From an uncultured Eubacteriales bacterium (lineage in GTDB: Bacteria; Bacillota; Clostridia; Oscillospirales; Acutalibacteraceae): a stretch of 64,000 nt of DNA. The DNA is taken from the NCBI GenBank assembly GCA_964369225.1, contig CAYJER010000005.1, positions 14,396-78,395 on the forward strand, written 5' to 3'. Below, piece after piece: positions 43,323 to 52,941 of this stretch (positions within the stretch are counted from its first letter, which is position 1; every line of letters begins with the position of its first letter). The position numbers and the translations under genes were made by a program. A model generated the notes under the pieces. That model was given only the letters and a program-made list of their open reading frames with translations, was not told where the DNA came from and did not search any database.

Positions 43323-45713
43323 ATGATAAGCATATTAAAAGAAGAGTTAATTTCTCTTAGAAAAAAAGTATTAGAAAAAGTATTTGAAAGAATGAATCCG
43401 GTACAAATGGATGCAGTATTTACAACGCAGGGACCTCTACTAATTCTAGCAGGAGCTGGAAGTGGAAAGACTACAGTAGTTGTAAACAGAATAGCAAATT
43501 TGATTAAGTTTGGGCAAGCATATAACTCAAATTTTATAAGTAATCAGATTGATGATGAAGATGCAAACGCAATGAACGCCTTTTTAGAGGGCGGAACTAC
43601 TCTTGATCCTGAACTATCAAAAAAATTAAGCGTTTCAGCCGCCTTGCCATGGCGAGTTATGGCTATAACTTTTACAAACAAGGCTGCAAACGAACTTAAA
43701 GAAAGATTAGTCCACATGCTAGGCGACGACGGAAACGAGATATGGGCTTCAACTTTCCACTCTAGCTGTGCAAGAATGCTAAGAAAAGATGCAGATAGAA
43801 TAGGCTACAGCAAGCATTTTACTATATATGACACAGACGACAGCAGAAGACTTATGAAAGAATGCTTAAAAAAACTTGATGTTTCTGAAAAAGTGCTTCC
43901 TCCAAAATCAGCTTTAGCAGAGATTTCAAGGGCAAAAGACAGCCTTACATCTCCTAATGAATACCTAAAAAATGCTGGTTCAGACTACAGGCTCCAATTA
44001 ATAGGAAAAGCCTATAAAATGTATCAATCAGACCTTAAAAAGGCAGATGCAATGGACTTTGATGACCTTATAAGCAAAACTGTAGAACTTTTTGAATCAT
44101 GCCCCGATGTATTAGAGTATTATCAAAACAGATTTGAATATATAATGGTAGACGAATATCAAGACACAAACCAAGCCCAATACAGATTTATAAGATTGCT
44201 TGCCGAAAGACGACAAAATATCTGCGTTGTTGGCGACGACGATCAAAGTATCTATAAATTTAGAGGTGCTACCATCGAAAACATTTTAAACTTTGAGAAT
44301 AATTTCGACAAAGCAAAAGTTGTAAGACTAGAGCAAAACTACCGCTCTACAGGTAACATTCTAACGGCAGCCAATGGAGTTATAAAGAACAACTCAAACA
44401 GAAAAGGTAAAAATCTTTGGACAGCACAAGGCGAGGGTGAACCTATCATCATACATACAGCAAGCGACGAGCGAGACGAGGCAGACAACGTCGCAAACGA
44501 GATATTATCGGCTGTAAAAAAAGGTAGAGACTACTCTGATTTTGCAGTGCTTTACAGAATGAACTCACAGTCTTTATCCTTTGAGAGAATGTTTGCAAAA
44601 CAAGGCATACCACATAGAATTTTAGGTGGAACAAGGTTCTATGAAAGAGCCGAAGTTAAAGACATGCTTGCATATTTAGCGGTAATTAACAACCCTAACG
44701 ACACTGTAAGACTAAGAAGAATTATTAATAAACCCACAAGAGGAATTGGCGATAAAACTATTGAGCTTATAGCTTCTTTTTCAGAAACTTTAGGCATACC
44801 TTATTTAGAGGTTATAAACAATTGTCATGAATACCCAACATTATCAAGGGCATCTAAAAAGCTTCAAGAGTTTGCTAAGCTTATGAATGAGCTTATTGAG
44901 TTCGGTGCTAATCCTGAAAACAGCATTGACGATTTATACAGAAAAATTCCAGAACTTACCGACTATGCTAATTTTATTAAGGCAGACGAGCCTGAAAAAC
45001 TAGAGGAAAAAAGAGCCAATATCATGGAGCTTTCTTCAAATATCAGAAGATACGAAGAAGAATGCCTAGCACAAGATAAAGAACCTAGTCTGTCTGAATT
45101 TTTAGAGGAAATTTCTCTAATTGCAGATATCGATAACTATGACACACAGGCAAAAGCTGTCACGCTGATGACAGTTCACTCCGCTAAAGGCTTAGAATTC
45201 CCTGTAGTTTTCTTACCAGGTTGGGAGGAAAATGTATTCCCTGGAATTTCGGTAATGTCAAACCCTAGCGAAGCCGAAGAAGAAAGACGCCTAGCCTATG
45301 TTGCAATCACAAGGGCAAGAGAAAAACTATACATTTACAACGCAAGGCAAAGAATGGTTTTCGGAAGCACTAACCGAAATATGATGTCAAGATTTACAAG
45401 CGAAATACCAGACACTTGTTGTGAGAAAACAAGTTCAGGTTTTGAAAGTCCTTTTACACAAGTGACAAAAACAGGAGTAACCAACACAATTAGACCTAGT
45501 TTCGAGAAAAAAGTTCCTAATTCATATAAACCAACAACTATACAAAGGAACACCGAAACTTTTAGCGAGGGCGACAGAGTTTCTCACAGAACATTCGGCG
45601 AGGGAGTTATACTTTCAACTAGACCCATGGGAAACGACACCTTACTAGAGATTGCCTTTGAGTCTTCAACCAAGCTTTTAGGCGCAAATTTTGCTAAACT
45701 TAAAAAGATTTAA
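43323..45713 (+). CDS. pcrA: ATP-dependent DNA helicase PcrA (UvrD family)
   Basis: 796 aa. Helicase motifs AGAGSGKT, VDEYQDTNQAQY, TVHSAKGLEFPVVF and VAITRAREKLY. Confidence 0.85.
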   Translation: MISILKEELISLRKKVLEKVFERMNPVQMDAVFTTQGPLLILAGAGSGKTTVVVNRIANLIKFGQAYNSNFISNQIDDEDANAMNAFLEGGTTLDPELSKKLSVSAALPWRVMAITFTNKAANELKERLVHMLGDDGNEIWASTFHSSCARMLRKDADRIGYSKHFTIYDTDDSRRLMKECLKKLDVSEKVLPPKSALAEISRAKDSLTSPNEYLKNAGSDYRLQLIGKAYKMYQSDLKKADAMDFDDLISKTVELFESCPDVLEYYQNRFEYIMVDEYQDTNQAQYRFIRLLAERRQNICVVGDDDQSIYKFRGATIENILNFENNFDKAKVVRLEQNYRSTGNILTAANGVIKNNSNRKGKNLWTAQGEGEPIIIHTASDERDEADNVANEILSAVKKGRDYSDFAVLYRMNSQSLSFERMFAKQGIPHRILGGTRFYERAEVKDMLAYLAVINNPNDTVRLRRIINKPTRGIGDKTIELIASFSETLGIPYLEVINNCHEYPTLSRASKKLQEFAKLMNELIEFGANPENSIDDLYRKIPELTDYANFIKADEPEKLEEKRANIMELSSNIRRYEEECLAQDKEPSLSEFLEEISLIADIDNYDTQAKAVTLMTVHSAKGLEFPVVFLPGWEENVFPGISVMSNPSEAEEERRLAYVAITRAREKLYIYNARQRMVFGSTNRNMMSRFTSEIPDTCCEKTSSGFESPFTQVTKTGVTNTIRPSFEKKVPNSYKPTTIQRNTETFSEGDRVSHRTFGEGVILSTRPMGNDTLLEIAFESSTKLLGANFAKLKKI

Positions 45714-45744
45714 TGGCTCTAGTAACTAAAACCTTCCAACTGAT

Positions 45745-45983
45745 TGTAGGGAAAGGGAACTTAAGCTAACTTAATGCTTATTTGTAGGGGAGGATCTGAG
45801 TGCAGACGTGTTGATTACGTTTTTTGATTAAAAATTAATTCGTTAAAACGCACAAATTAATGTAGGGGACGGGTTTTCCGTCCCGTGGGAATTTAGCTAA
45901 AACCTCTAGTTTTTCGGGACGGAAAACCCGTCCCCTACATTGGTTTCGTTGCTAAGAGGCACGTCTGGTCTCCGTGCCCTACA
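45745..45983. repeat. Nested REP-like composite element
   Basis: The outer arm TGTAGGGGAGGATCTGAGTGCAGACGTG starts at 45783. The inner class I REPIN is at 45861-45939. The diverged outer right arm ends in CCCTACA at 45983. An extra TGTAGGG head is at 45745. Confidence 0.85.
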
Positions 45984-46034
45984 ATATTTAAACAAATTTA
46001 TCTTTATCCATACAAAATTTATATTTAAAATTCT

Positions 46035-46092
46035 TTAATAAAAAATCCGATAGGATTTTCACATCAACTTTTCACTATTCATTTTTCACTAA
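46035..46092 (-). repeat. Stop-codon-rich terminator cassette repeat, copy 3 of 4 (diverged)
   Basis: The minus strand reads TTAGTGAAAAATGAATAGTGAAAAGTTGATGTGAAAATCCTATCGGATTTTTTATTAA. It lies downstream of and co-oriented with the DUF1540 gene. Confidence 0.7.
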
Positions 46093-46189
46093 GTACAAGA
46101 CCCTCACCTACAAACAAAATCCTTTTAACTTTATGAATAATGCTATATTCAATAAAAATTAGCCACTGCTTTTTGCAGTGGCATTAGTT

Positions 46190-46516
46190 TTATCTAGGAT
46201 TAAACGAAAGACATTCAGTCTCTCCCATAACATTCGCAGAAGATGTCATGCTATTCATACTTACATTTTCGGCAGAACATTTTTGACGTTTGTTGTACTT
46301 GCAATTTTCTGCCCTACAACCTATGTTTGTCTCAAGTCTTGCCTTGCTACTTACAACAGAGTTTTGCGCAGTGGCTGTCCCCTTTGCAGTAAAAGCCGAA
46401 CAACATGTCTGTGAACTAGTACAAGCGCCAGGCCCATCAACCTGAATTCTGTTTAAAGCACATTTGTTGTTTTGATTATTAGCACAGCTTTGAACATCAC
46501 AATTAAGATAATTCAT
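46190..46516 (-). CDS. Cys-rich DUF1540-like protein (two repeats)
   Basis: 108 aa. The pattern C-x4-C-x(8)-C is repeated (CDVQSCANNQNNKC and CRAENCKYNKRQKC). Confidence 0.55.
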   Translation of the reverse strand: MNYLNCDVQSCANNQNNKCALNRIQVDGPGACTSSQTCCSAFTAKGTATAQNSVVSSKARLETNIGCRAENCKYNKRQKCSAENVSMNSMTSSANVMGETECLSFNPR

Positions 46517-46587
46517 AAATCTACTTCCTTTACATTTTTTACGTTTTTACGTCTTACAGGAAGTATTATTGGCTTATAAACTATAAA

Positions 46588-48060
46588 TTATACAGATTTA
46601 ATAAACTTAATAAAATCAACATTGTTCTTGTATACGCCAGCGTGTTCAAGAACTTTTTCAAATACTAACCCTATTTCATCTCTCATAATGTCGTCTATAT
46701 TTTCGGTTGTAAATTCATTGTATTTTGAGCTTAGCTCCTTAGCCCAATTGCTATGGTGACTTAAAGCTTCCGGTATTTCTTCTTTATTCACCAAAACAGA
46801 AGACAATTCATCAATTTCTTGTAATAATCTAGCTGGAAGAACCGCAAGACCCATAACCTCAATAAGACCTATGTTCTCTTTTTTTATGTTGTGTAGCTCA
46901 CTGTGAGGGTGATACACTCCCATTGGATGTTCTTCAGTTGTAATATTGTTTCTTAAAACTAAGTCTAGTTCATATTTTCCATTTTTCATTCTTGCAATTG
47001 GAGTAATTGTGTTGTGCTTTTCTCCGTTTGTTTCAGCAAAAACAAATGCGTTTTCATCGCTGTAATCTCTCCACGCAAGAAGAATTTTATCGGCAAGCTC
47101 TACTAAACGGCTGTCGTCTTCACTGCTTAACCTGATAACAGACATAGGCCAGTCAACAATTCCTGCCTCAACATCGCTAAAGCCATTAAACTCTACTTTT
47201 TCTTGAACCTTCGCCCTCTCCATTGCGAACTCATAGTTTCCACCTTGGAAATGGTCATGTGTAAGTATAGAGCCACCTACTATAGGCAAGTCGGCATTAG
47301 AACCTACAAAATAATGTGGAAATAGCTTAACAAAGTCAAGAAGCTTTCTAAAAGTTGCCTTTTCTATCTTCATGTCTTTATGCTCGGCACAAAAAACTAT
47401 GCAATGTTCGTTGTAGTATACATATGGTGAATATTGGAAGTACCAGTCTTCATCATTTATACAAATTGGAATAGCCCTTAAATTTTGTCTTGCAGGGTGA
47501 TTAAGTCTGCCTTTATATCCTACATTCTCTTTACACAAAAGACATTTTGGATATCCACTTTGTTTTTGAAGTTTAGCCGCTGCAATAGCCTTAGGGTCTT
47601 TTTCAGGCTTAGAAAGATTTATAGTAATATCTAACTCGCCATATTTGGATGAGTACATCCACTTTTGATCTTTTTCAATTCTATATTTTCTAATATAATC
47701 AGAATCTATCGATAAATTGTAGAAATAGTCAGTAGCCATTCTAGGGTCTTGCTCGTTTAAGTCTTCAAAAATCTCTATAATTTCTGATGGTCTAGGAGTA
47801 ATAACACCCATAATCTTTGTATCAAGCAAGTCTCTCTCGGTAATACTATCATCAATTAAAGAGTTTTCTACTGCCCAATCAAGAATATTTTTAAGTGTAG
47901 ATTCAAGCTCTACATTTTCATATGTAGTTCCACTCTCTTGCATGTCGTCTAGGTTTAAAATGTCTAGTATTGCGTTTATGGCAAAATACCTGTCAGTCTC
48001 TTTAAGCAAGCCTTTAATTAAGGCATAATAAATTATTTTTTCTATTTCTTCGTAAATCAT
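46588..48060 (-). CDS. galT: UDP-glucose--hexose-1-phosphate uridylyltransferase (GalT, type 2)
   Basis: 490 aa, the Gram-positive long form. Active-site region GGSILTHDHFQGG. Confidence 0.75.
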   Translation of the reverse strand: MIYEEIEKIIYYALIKGLLKETDRYFAINAILDILNLDDMQESGTTYENVELESTLKNILDWAVENSLIDDSITERDLLDTKIMGVITPRPSEIIEIFEDLNEQDPRMATDYFYNLSIDSDYIRKYRIEKDQKWMYSSKYGELDITINLSKPEKDPKAIAAAKLQKQSGYPKCLLCKENVGYKGRLNHPARQNLRAIPICINDEDWYFQYSPYVYYNEHCIVFCAEHKDMKIEKATFRKLLDFVKLFPHYFVGSNADLPIVGGSILTHDHFQGGNYEFAMERAKVQEKVEFNGFSDVEAGIVDWPMSVIRLSSEDDSRLVELADKILLAWRDYSDENAFVFAETNGEKHNTITPIARMKNGKYELDLVLRNNITTEEHPMGVYHPHSELHNIKKENIGLIEVMGLAVLPARLLQEIDELSSVLVNKEEIPEALSHHSNWAKELSSKYNEFTTENIDDIMRDEIGLVFEKVLEHAGVYKNNVDFIKFIKSV

Positions 48061-48136
48061 AACATTTCCTCTCTAATAAATTCATATTATTATATCATAT
48101 ATTTTTTAACTTTACAATACTAACAAGGAGCTTTTC

Positions 48137-48667
48137 ATGAAAAATTTTAGTGCAATTAACTTAATTTATTGGTCAATTCCCGTTTTGTTTTTTTTAAGCA
48201 TCCTCACCCATTTTCTTTATGAGCTAAGCGGCAACAACTTAATTTTTGGGTTGTTTTTCCCTGTAAACGAGAGTGTCTTTGAACATATGAAGCTTTTTAG
48301 TGTGCCATCTTTTCTTTTTTGGGTGATAACTTACCTTATAAAAAAAGATGAAATAGACGCCGACAAATGGTTCACAGCAGGCTTAATATCAATGGTCGTA
48401 ACCATTGTCTTAATACCAATGCTACACTACCTATACAGTAGTAGTCTAGCAACTCATATAGTTTGGGTAGATATTTTAATAGCACTCTTAAGTGTTGGTT
48501 TTGCACATGTTTTGGCTGCCCACTACTATGTTCATGGAAAAGGAATAAACTACCAAACTGCCATATTTTTAATGATAGCGGTGCTAATCATACTTGCGGT
48601 TTTAACTCTTTTTCCTCCAAAAATTCCCCTATTTCAATCTTCAGAAACAGGGGAATATGGAATGTAA
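48137..48667 (+). CDS. Integral membrane protein, function unknown
   Basis: 176 aa with five predicted hydrophobic helices. Confidence 0.6.
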   Translation: MKNFSAINLIYWSIPVLFFLSILTHFLYELSGNNLIFGLFFPVNESVFEHMKLFSVPSFLFWVITYLIKKDEIDADKWFTAGLISMVVTIVLIPMLHYLYSSSLATHIVWVDILIALLSVGFAHVLAAHYYVHGKGINYQTAIFLMIAVLIILAVLTLFPPKIPLFQSSETGEYGM

Positions 48668-48673
48668 TCAATC

Positions 48674-48740
48674 TTAGTGAAGAGGTAATAGTGAAGAGTG
48701 AAAAGTTGATGTGAAAATCCTTGCGGATTTTTTGATTAAA
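48674..48740 (+). repeat. Stop-codon-rich terminator cassette repeat, copy 4 of 4
   Basis: TTAGTGAAGAGGTAATAGTGAAGAGTGAAAAGTTGATGTGAAAATCCTTGCGGATTTTTTGATTAAA. It starts 7 nt after the stop of the co-oriented membrane protein gene. Confidence 0.8.
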
Positions 48741-48791
48741 GGCTTTTAAATTGAAATTTTTGTATGAATAAAAATAAATTTGATTAAACAT

Positions 48792-48917
48792 TGTAGGGGC
48801 GGATATTATCCGCCTATGAAACTTAGGCAAAATCACCAGATTTTTAGGCGGATAATATCCGCCCCTACATGGCTAAATTTGCTAAGAGGCACGTCTGCAC
48901 TCAGACCCTCCCCTACA
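48792..48917. repeat. REPIN-like element class II (GCGGATATTATCCGC stems) plus an outer right arm of the nested composite
   Basis: Perfect arms at 48792-48815 and 48846-48869. The outer arm GAGGCACGTCTGCACTCAGACCCTCCCCTACA ends at 48917. Confidence 0.85.
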
Positions 48918-48948
48918 AAGCTTTAACTACTTTATTTTTTTATCCATA

Positions 48949-49716
48949 TTAGAACTTTCTGTATCTTTGATACCTTTGTTCTAACAATTCAGTTTTATCT
49001 AATTTAAGCAACTCTTCAAACTCTTTTACAAGGTCTTGTTTTATATTCTCGTAAACCTTAGTAAAATCTTTGTCCTCTTCAATAATTCTCTCTACTACTC
49101 CAAACTCTTTCATATCGTTTGAAGTAATCTTTAATACCTCGGCAGCATCGGCAGCTTTTTTAGAATCTTTCCACAAAATACTTGCGCAACCCTCTGGCGA
49201 AACAACAGAGTATACAGCGTTTTCCATAATCCAAACCCTGTCAGATACTCCAAGTGCTAGCGCACCACCAGAGCCACCCTCACCTATCAAAATAGCTATA
49301 ATAGGAACTTTTATACCCATCATCTCTACTAAATTTTCGGCAATTGCAAGACCTTGCCCTCTTTCCTCAGCGCCTATTCCGCAGAAAGCACCCGAGGTAT
49401 CTATAAGCGTTACAATAGGTCTACCAAATTTTTCAGCTTGCTTCATAAGTCTTAGAGCTTTTCTGTAGCCCTCTGGATACGGCATTCCGAAGTTTCTTTT
49501 AACCCTGTCTTTAGTGTCAGTTCCCTTTTCAATTGCAATTACAGTGCATGGCTTGCCGTCTAAGTTAGCAATTCCACCTATGATAGCCTTATCATCTGAA
49601 AAACGTCTATCACCATGAAGCTCTATAAAATCTGTAAATATATTTTGAATATACTTACTGCCTGTTGGTCTGTTTTTTCCTCTAGCTAATTGTACCTTTT
49701 CATATGCTGTAGCCAT
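48949..49716 (-). CDS. accA: Acetyl-CoA carboxylase carboxyltransferase alpha subunit
   Basis: 255 aa. [19 protein letters not shown] and [10 protein letters not shown]. Confidence 0.85.
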   Translation of the reverse strand: MATAYEKVQLARGKNRPTGSKYIQNIFTDFIELHGDRRFSDDKAIIGGIANLDGKPCTVIAIEKGTDTKDRVKRNFGMPYPEGYRKALRLMKQAEKFGRPIVTLIDTSGAFCGIGAEERGQGLAIAENLVEMMGIKVPIIAILIGEGGSGGALALGVSDRVWIMENAVYSVVSPEGCASILWKDSKKAADAAEVLKITSNDMKEFGVVERIIEEDKDFTKVYENIKQDLVKEFEELLKLDKTELLEQRYQRYRKF

Positions 49717-50564
49717 CAGTTACACCCCCTGTGCATTGAAATTAACTTTGATAAAACCTTAACTTGTTTTCTTCTTGACACTATCTTATCACAAAATCCA
49801 TGTTCTAAAACAAATTCAGCAGTTTGGAACTCTGTAGGAAGTTTCTTTCTTATAGTTTGCTCAATAACACGTCTACCAGCAAAACCGATTGTCGCCTTAG
49901 GTTCAGCAATTATTATATCGCCTTCCATTGCAAAACTAGCAGTAACACCACCAGTTGTAGGGTCTGTTAAAACTGTGATAAATAATCCGCCGTTGTCGCT
50001 GTGTTTTTTCACGGCGGCACTAGTTTTTGCCATTTGCATAAGGGATAAGATGCCCTCCTGCATTCTAGCTCCACCAGAAACAGTATAGCCAATTACAGGC
50101 AAGTTTTGCTCTATAGCAGTTTCAAAACATTTTGTTATTTTCTCACCAACTACTGTACCCATAGAACCCATCATAAAGTTAGGTTCCATCACAAATAGCA
50201 CAGTTTTTTCACCGCCTATGCTTGCTGTTCCACAAACTACACCCTCGTTTTCACGGCTATTTACCTTAGCTACCTTTAGCTTTTGGTCATAACCTGGGAA
50301 ATCAAGAATATTAGTACTTGTTAATTCAGCAAAAAGCTCTGTAAATTCTTCTGTTAAAAAACCTATTCTTTGTCTAGCAGTCATTCTAAAATGATATCCA
50401 CAAGAGCATACATTAAGTTTTTCCCAAAGCTCTGACACCGCTGTCGCCTTATTACATAACGGACAAGTGTTGGTTATCTCAGATACTGCATCGCTCATGG
50501 CACGACCGCCACTTTCGAGTTCATTCTGTGGTGACTTAAACAAACCCATTAAATTCATAGCCAT
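49716..50564 (-). CDS. accD: Acetyl-CoA carboxylase carboxyltransferase beta subunit
   Basis: 282 aa. N-terminal zinc ribbon CPLC...CSCG, then GGARMQEG. Confidence 0.85.
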   Translation of the reverse strand: MAMNLMGLFKSPQNELESGGRAMSDAVSEITNTCPLCNKATAVSELWEKLNVCSCGYHFRMTARQRIGFLTEEFTELFAELTSTNILDFPGYDQKLKVAKVNSRENEGVVCGTASIGGEKTVLFVMEPNFMMGSMGTVVGEKITKCFETAIEQNLPVIGYTVSGGARMQEGILSLMQMAKTSAAVKKHSDNGGLFITVLTDPTTGGVTASFAMEGDIIIAEPKATIGFAGRRVIEQTIRKKLPTEFQTAEFVLEHGFCDKIVSRRKQVKVLSKLISMHRGCN

Positions 50565-50569
50565 ATAGA

Positions 50570-51886
50570 TTACCCTTTCTCATACCTTTGCATAAAGTCT
50601 GTATAATAATCTCCGTTTTGGAAGTCTTTTTCTCTTATTATCTCAATTTGTTTTTCAATATTATTAGGAGCGCCGTCTAATACAATCTCACATAAAGCGG
50701 ATTGCATTTTTCTTACTGCCTCTTCCCTATTAGACGAAAATACAATAAGCTTACCTAACATTGAATCATAGTAAGGAGGAATGTCATATCCTTGATACAG
50801 TGCTGTATCAAATCTAACCCATGGGCCAGACGGCACATGCAGGAACTTAACACTCCCTACGGCTGTAGCATTAATTCTGCATTCAATTGCAGCTCCTCTA
50901 ATTCTAATGTCCTCTTGCTTAAAGCTTAGAGGAACCTCGGCAGCAATTCTAATTTGCCATTTAACTATATCTCTGCCTGAAACTAACTCTGATACAGGGT
51001 GTTCAACCTGTAGTCTTGTGTTCATCTCCATAAAATAGAAGTTTTGATCTTTATCCATAAGATACTCAATAGTGCCAGCATTTACATAGTTTACTGCCTT
51101 AGCGGCTTTTCTTGAGCTTTCCATTAACTTTTCACGAGTTTCGGCACTCATTAAATGTGATGGACTCTCTTCTATAAGCTTTTGGTTATTCTTTTGGATA
51201 GAACATTCTCTTTCACCTAGGCAAACCACATTGCCTTGCTTATCACAAAGAAGTTGCACTTCTATATGCTTTGCTGGGAAAAGGTATTTCTCCATATACA
51301 TTCTACCGTCACCGAAAGCCTTTTCAGCCTCACTAGAAGCAGTTTTATAAGCAAGCTCTATTTCATCTTTTGACTTAACAAGCCTAATACCCTTACCACC
51401 GCCGCCAGCGCTAGCTTTAAGCATTACAGGGTATCCAATTTTTTCAGCTTGAATTATAGCGTCATTAGCATCTACTAGAATTTCAGTTCCTGGAATAATA
51501 GGAACTCCACTTTCTTTCATTAGTTGTCTAGCAGCGTCTTTGTCACCCATTTTAGAAATTATTTCTGAACTAGGGCCAATAAAAACAATTCCATTTTCTT
51601 CGCACATGGCAGCAAATTCTTGATTTTCCGCTAAAAATCCATAGCCTGGGTGAATAGCCTGTGCTTTTGTAGCCAAGGCAGCTGTAATTATTCTCTCTTT
51701 ATTTAAGTAACTGTCTTTAGCTTGAGCAGGACCTATACAAATAGCCTGATCAGCTAAAGCTACATGCAAACTGTCTTTGTCTGCCTTTGAGTAGACAGCA
51801 ACAGTAGAAATTCCCATTTCTTTACAAGCTCTAATAACCCTTATGGCAATTTCTCCTCTGTTTGCAATAAGTATTTTATTAAACAT
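50570..51886 (-). CDS. accC: Biotin carboxylase
   Basis: 438 aa counted from ATG 51886 (MFNKILIANRGEIA). The track start at 51967 lies inside a REPIN repeat and is rejected. Confidence 0.9.
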   Translation of the reverse strand: MFNKILIANRGEIAIRVIRACKEMGISTVAVYSKADKDSLHVALADQAICIGPAQAKDSYLNKERIITAALATKAQAIHPGYGFLAENQEFAAMCEENGIVFIGPSSEIISKMGDKDAARQLMKESGVPIIPGTEILVDANDAIIQAEKIGYPVMLKASAGGGGKGIRLVKSKDEIELAYKTASSEAEKAFGDGRMYMEKYLFPAKHIEVQLLCDKQGNVVCLGERECSIQKNNQKLIEESPSHLMSAETREKLMESSRKAAKAVNYVNAGTIEYLMDKDQNFYFMEMNTRLQVEHPVSELVSGRDIVKWQIRIAAEVPLSFKQEDIRIRGAAIECRINATAVGSVKFLHVPSGPWVRFDTALYQGYDIPPYYDSMLGKLIVFSSNREEAVRKMQSALCEIVLDGAPNNIEKQIEIIREKDFQNGDYYTDFMQRYEKG

Positions 51887-51966
51887 ATATAAACCTACTT
51901 TCAGACAGCGAATCTGTCTAAATTTATTTATTTTGTATTTTTTATGGTGTTGATTAGAAAAAACCA

Positions 51967-52048
51967 TGTAGGGGCGAACCTATGTGTTCGCCCAAAAACT
52001 AGCAGTTATTGCTAAACCCACGGGCGAACACATAGGTTCGCCCCTACA
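51967..52048. repeat. REPIN-like element class III (GCGAACCTATGTGTTCGC stems) inside the acc/fab operon
   Basis: Perfect 27-nt inverted arms TGTAGGGGCGAACCTATGTGTTCGCCC, with the loop AAAAACTAGCAGTTATTGCTAAACCCAC. Confidence 0.9.
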
Positions 52049-52074
52049 TTAAATTGCCCTTCGGGGCTTCCCAA

Positions 52075-52482
52075 CTACACTAGTGCAAATGAAAATTCTG
52101 CTGAAATGCAAAGTTTTCCATTAACATAGCCTTTGCCCTCACCAAAATAGAAAGCTCCTCTATTTCTTGTAAGCTTGCAAATAGTCTCTAAAGTGTCGCC
52201 AGGTTTTACTTGTCCTTTAAATTTTACATTGTTAAGACCTGTAAAGTAAGGAGTTTTGTTCTCTGCCATCCCCGCCAATAAAACGCAAGATGATTGCCCT
52301 AAAATTTCACAAAGAATTACACCAGGAACTACAGGATTACCAGGAAAATGCCCCTTTAAAAAGAACTCTTCACCAGTAACGTGGTATTTACCATGAGCCT
52401 CTTCATCTACTAACTCAACTTCATCAATAAGTAGCATATGATCTCTGTGAGGTATTAAACCTTTTATCTCTTCTTTATTCAT
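52075..52482 (-). CDS. fabZ: 3-hydroxyacyl-ACP dehydratase
   Basis: 135 aa counted from ATG 52482. LIPHRDHMLLID and GHFPGNPVVPGVL. Confidence 0.85.
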   Translation of the reverse strand: MNKEEIKGLIPHRDHMLLIDEVELVDEEAHGKYHVTGEEFFLKGHFPGNPVVPGVILCEILGQSSCVLLAGMAENKTPYFTGLNNVKFKGQVKPGDTLETICKLTRNRGAFYFGEGKGYVNGKLCISAEFSFALV

Positions 52483-52495
52483 TTTATGACTTTCC

Positions 52496-52939
52496 TCACT
52501 TAATTCTGAACAATGGTTGATCATACTCAACTACATCGCCATTTTTAACTAATACTTCTTCAATTTCGCAGTCAAACTCTGCTTGAATTTCGTTCATAAG
52601 TTTCATAGCTTCAATAATACAAACAACTGAACCCTCTTTTACACTGTCGCCAGCACTTACATAAGGAGCGCTGTCAGGTGATGGAGCTGAATAAAACACA
52701 CCAACTGTTGGTGATTTAATACACTTAGAAGATGAAACTACTGCTTCTTTTACAGGCTCTTTTGTATCTGTTATCATTTGAGGAATAACAGCTGGAGCTT
52801 GTGCTACTGTCTTTGTCTTAATCTCTTTTTTAAGCTCAATTACTGTTCCGTTTTCTTCTATCTTTAATTGTGTTAGACCATTGTTGCTAAGAATTTCAGC
52901 CAAAGCCTTTATATCATTAATGTTCATGTTTATCTCCAA
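52496..52939 (-). CDS. accB: Biotin carboxyl carrier protein
   Basis: 147 aa with the biotinylation motif EAMKLMNEI. Confidence 0.85.
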   Translation of the reverse strand: MEINMNINDIKALAEILSNNGLTQLKIEENGTVIELKKEIKTKTVAQAPAVIPQMITDTKEPVKEAVVSSSKCIKSPTVGVFYSAPSPDSAPYVSAGDSVKEGSVVCIIEAMKLMNEIQAEFDCEIEEVLVKNGDVVEYDQPLFRIK

Positions 52940-52941
52940 TC

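Noticed and set aside
48463-48836. Track ORFs 48463..48714(+) and 48588..48836(-).
   Set aside because: They run across the terminator cassette and REP repeats and overlap the well-supported membrane protein gene, so they are repeat-derived reading frames.
51887-51967. An N-terminal extension of accC (track start at 51967). Similar extensions occur for fabZ (52530), glnA-like (14014), the connector gene (30880), 29606-ORF (30124), the EAL protein (42503), the zinc-ribbon protein (17768) and fabH (57789).
   Set aside because: In each case an internal start with a proper RBS matches the conserved N-terminus of the family. The extension would also overlap an upstream gene, a repeat or a leader.
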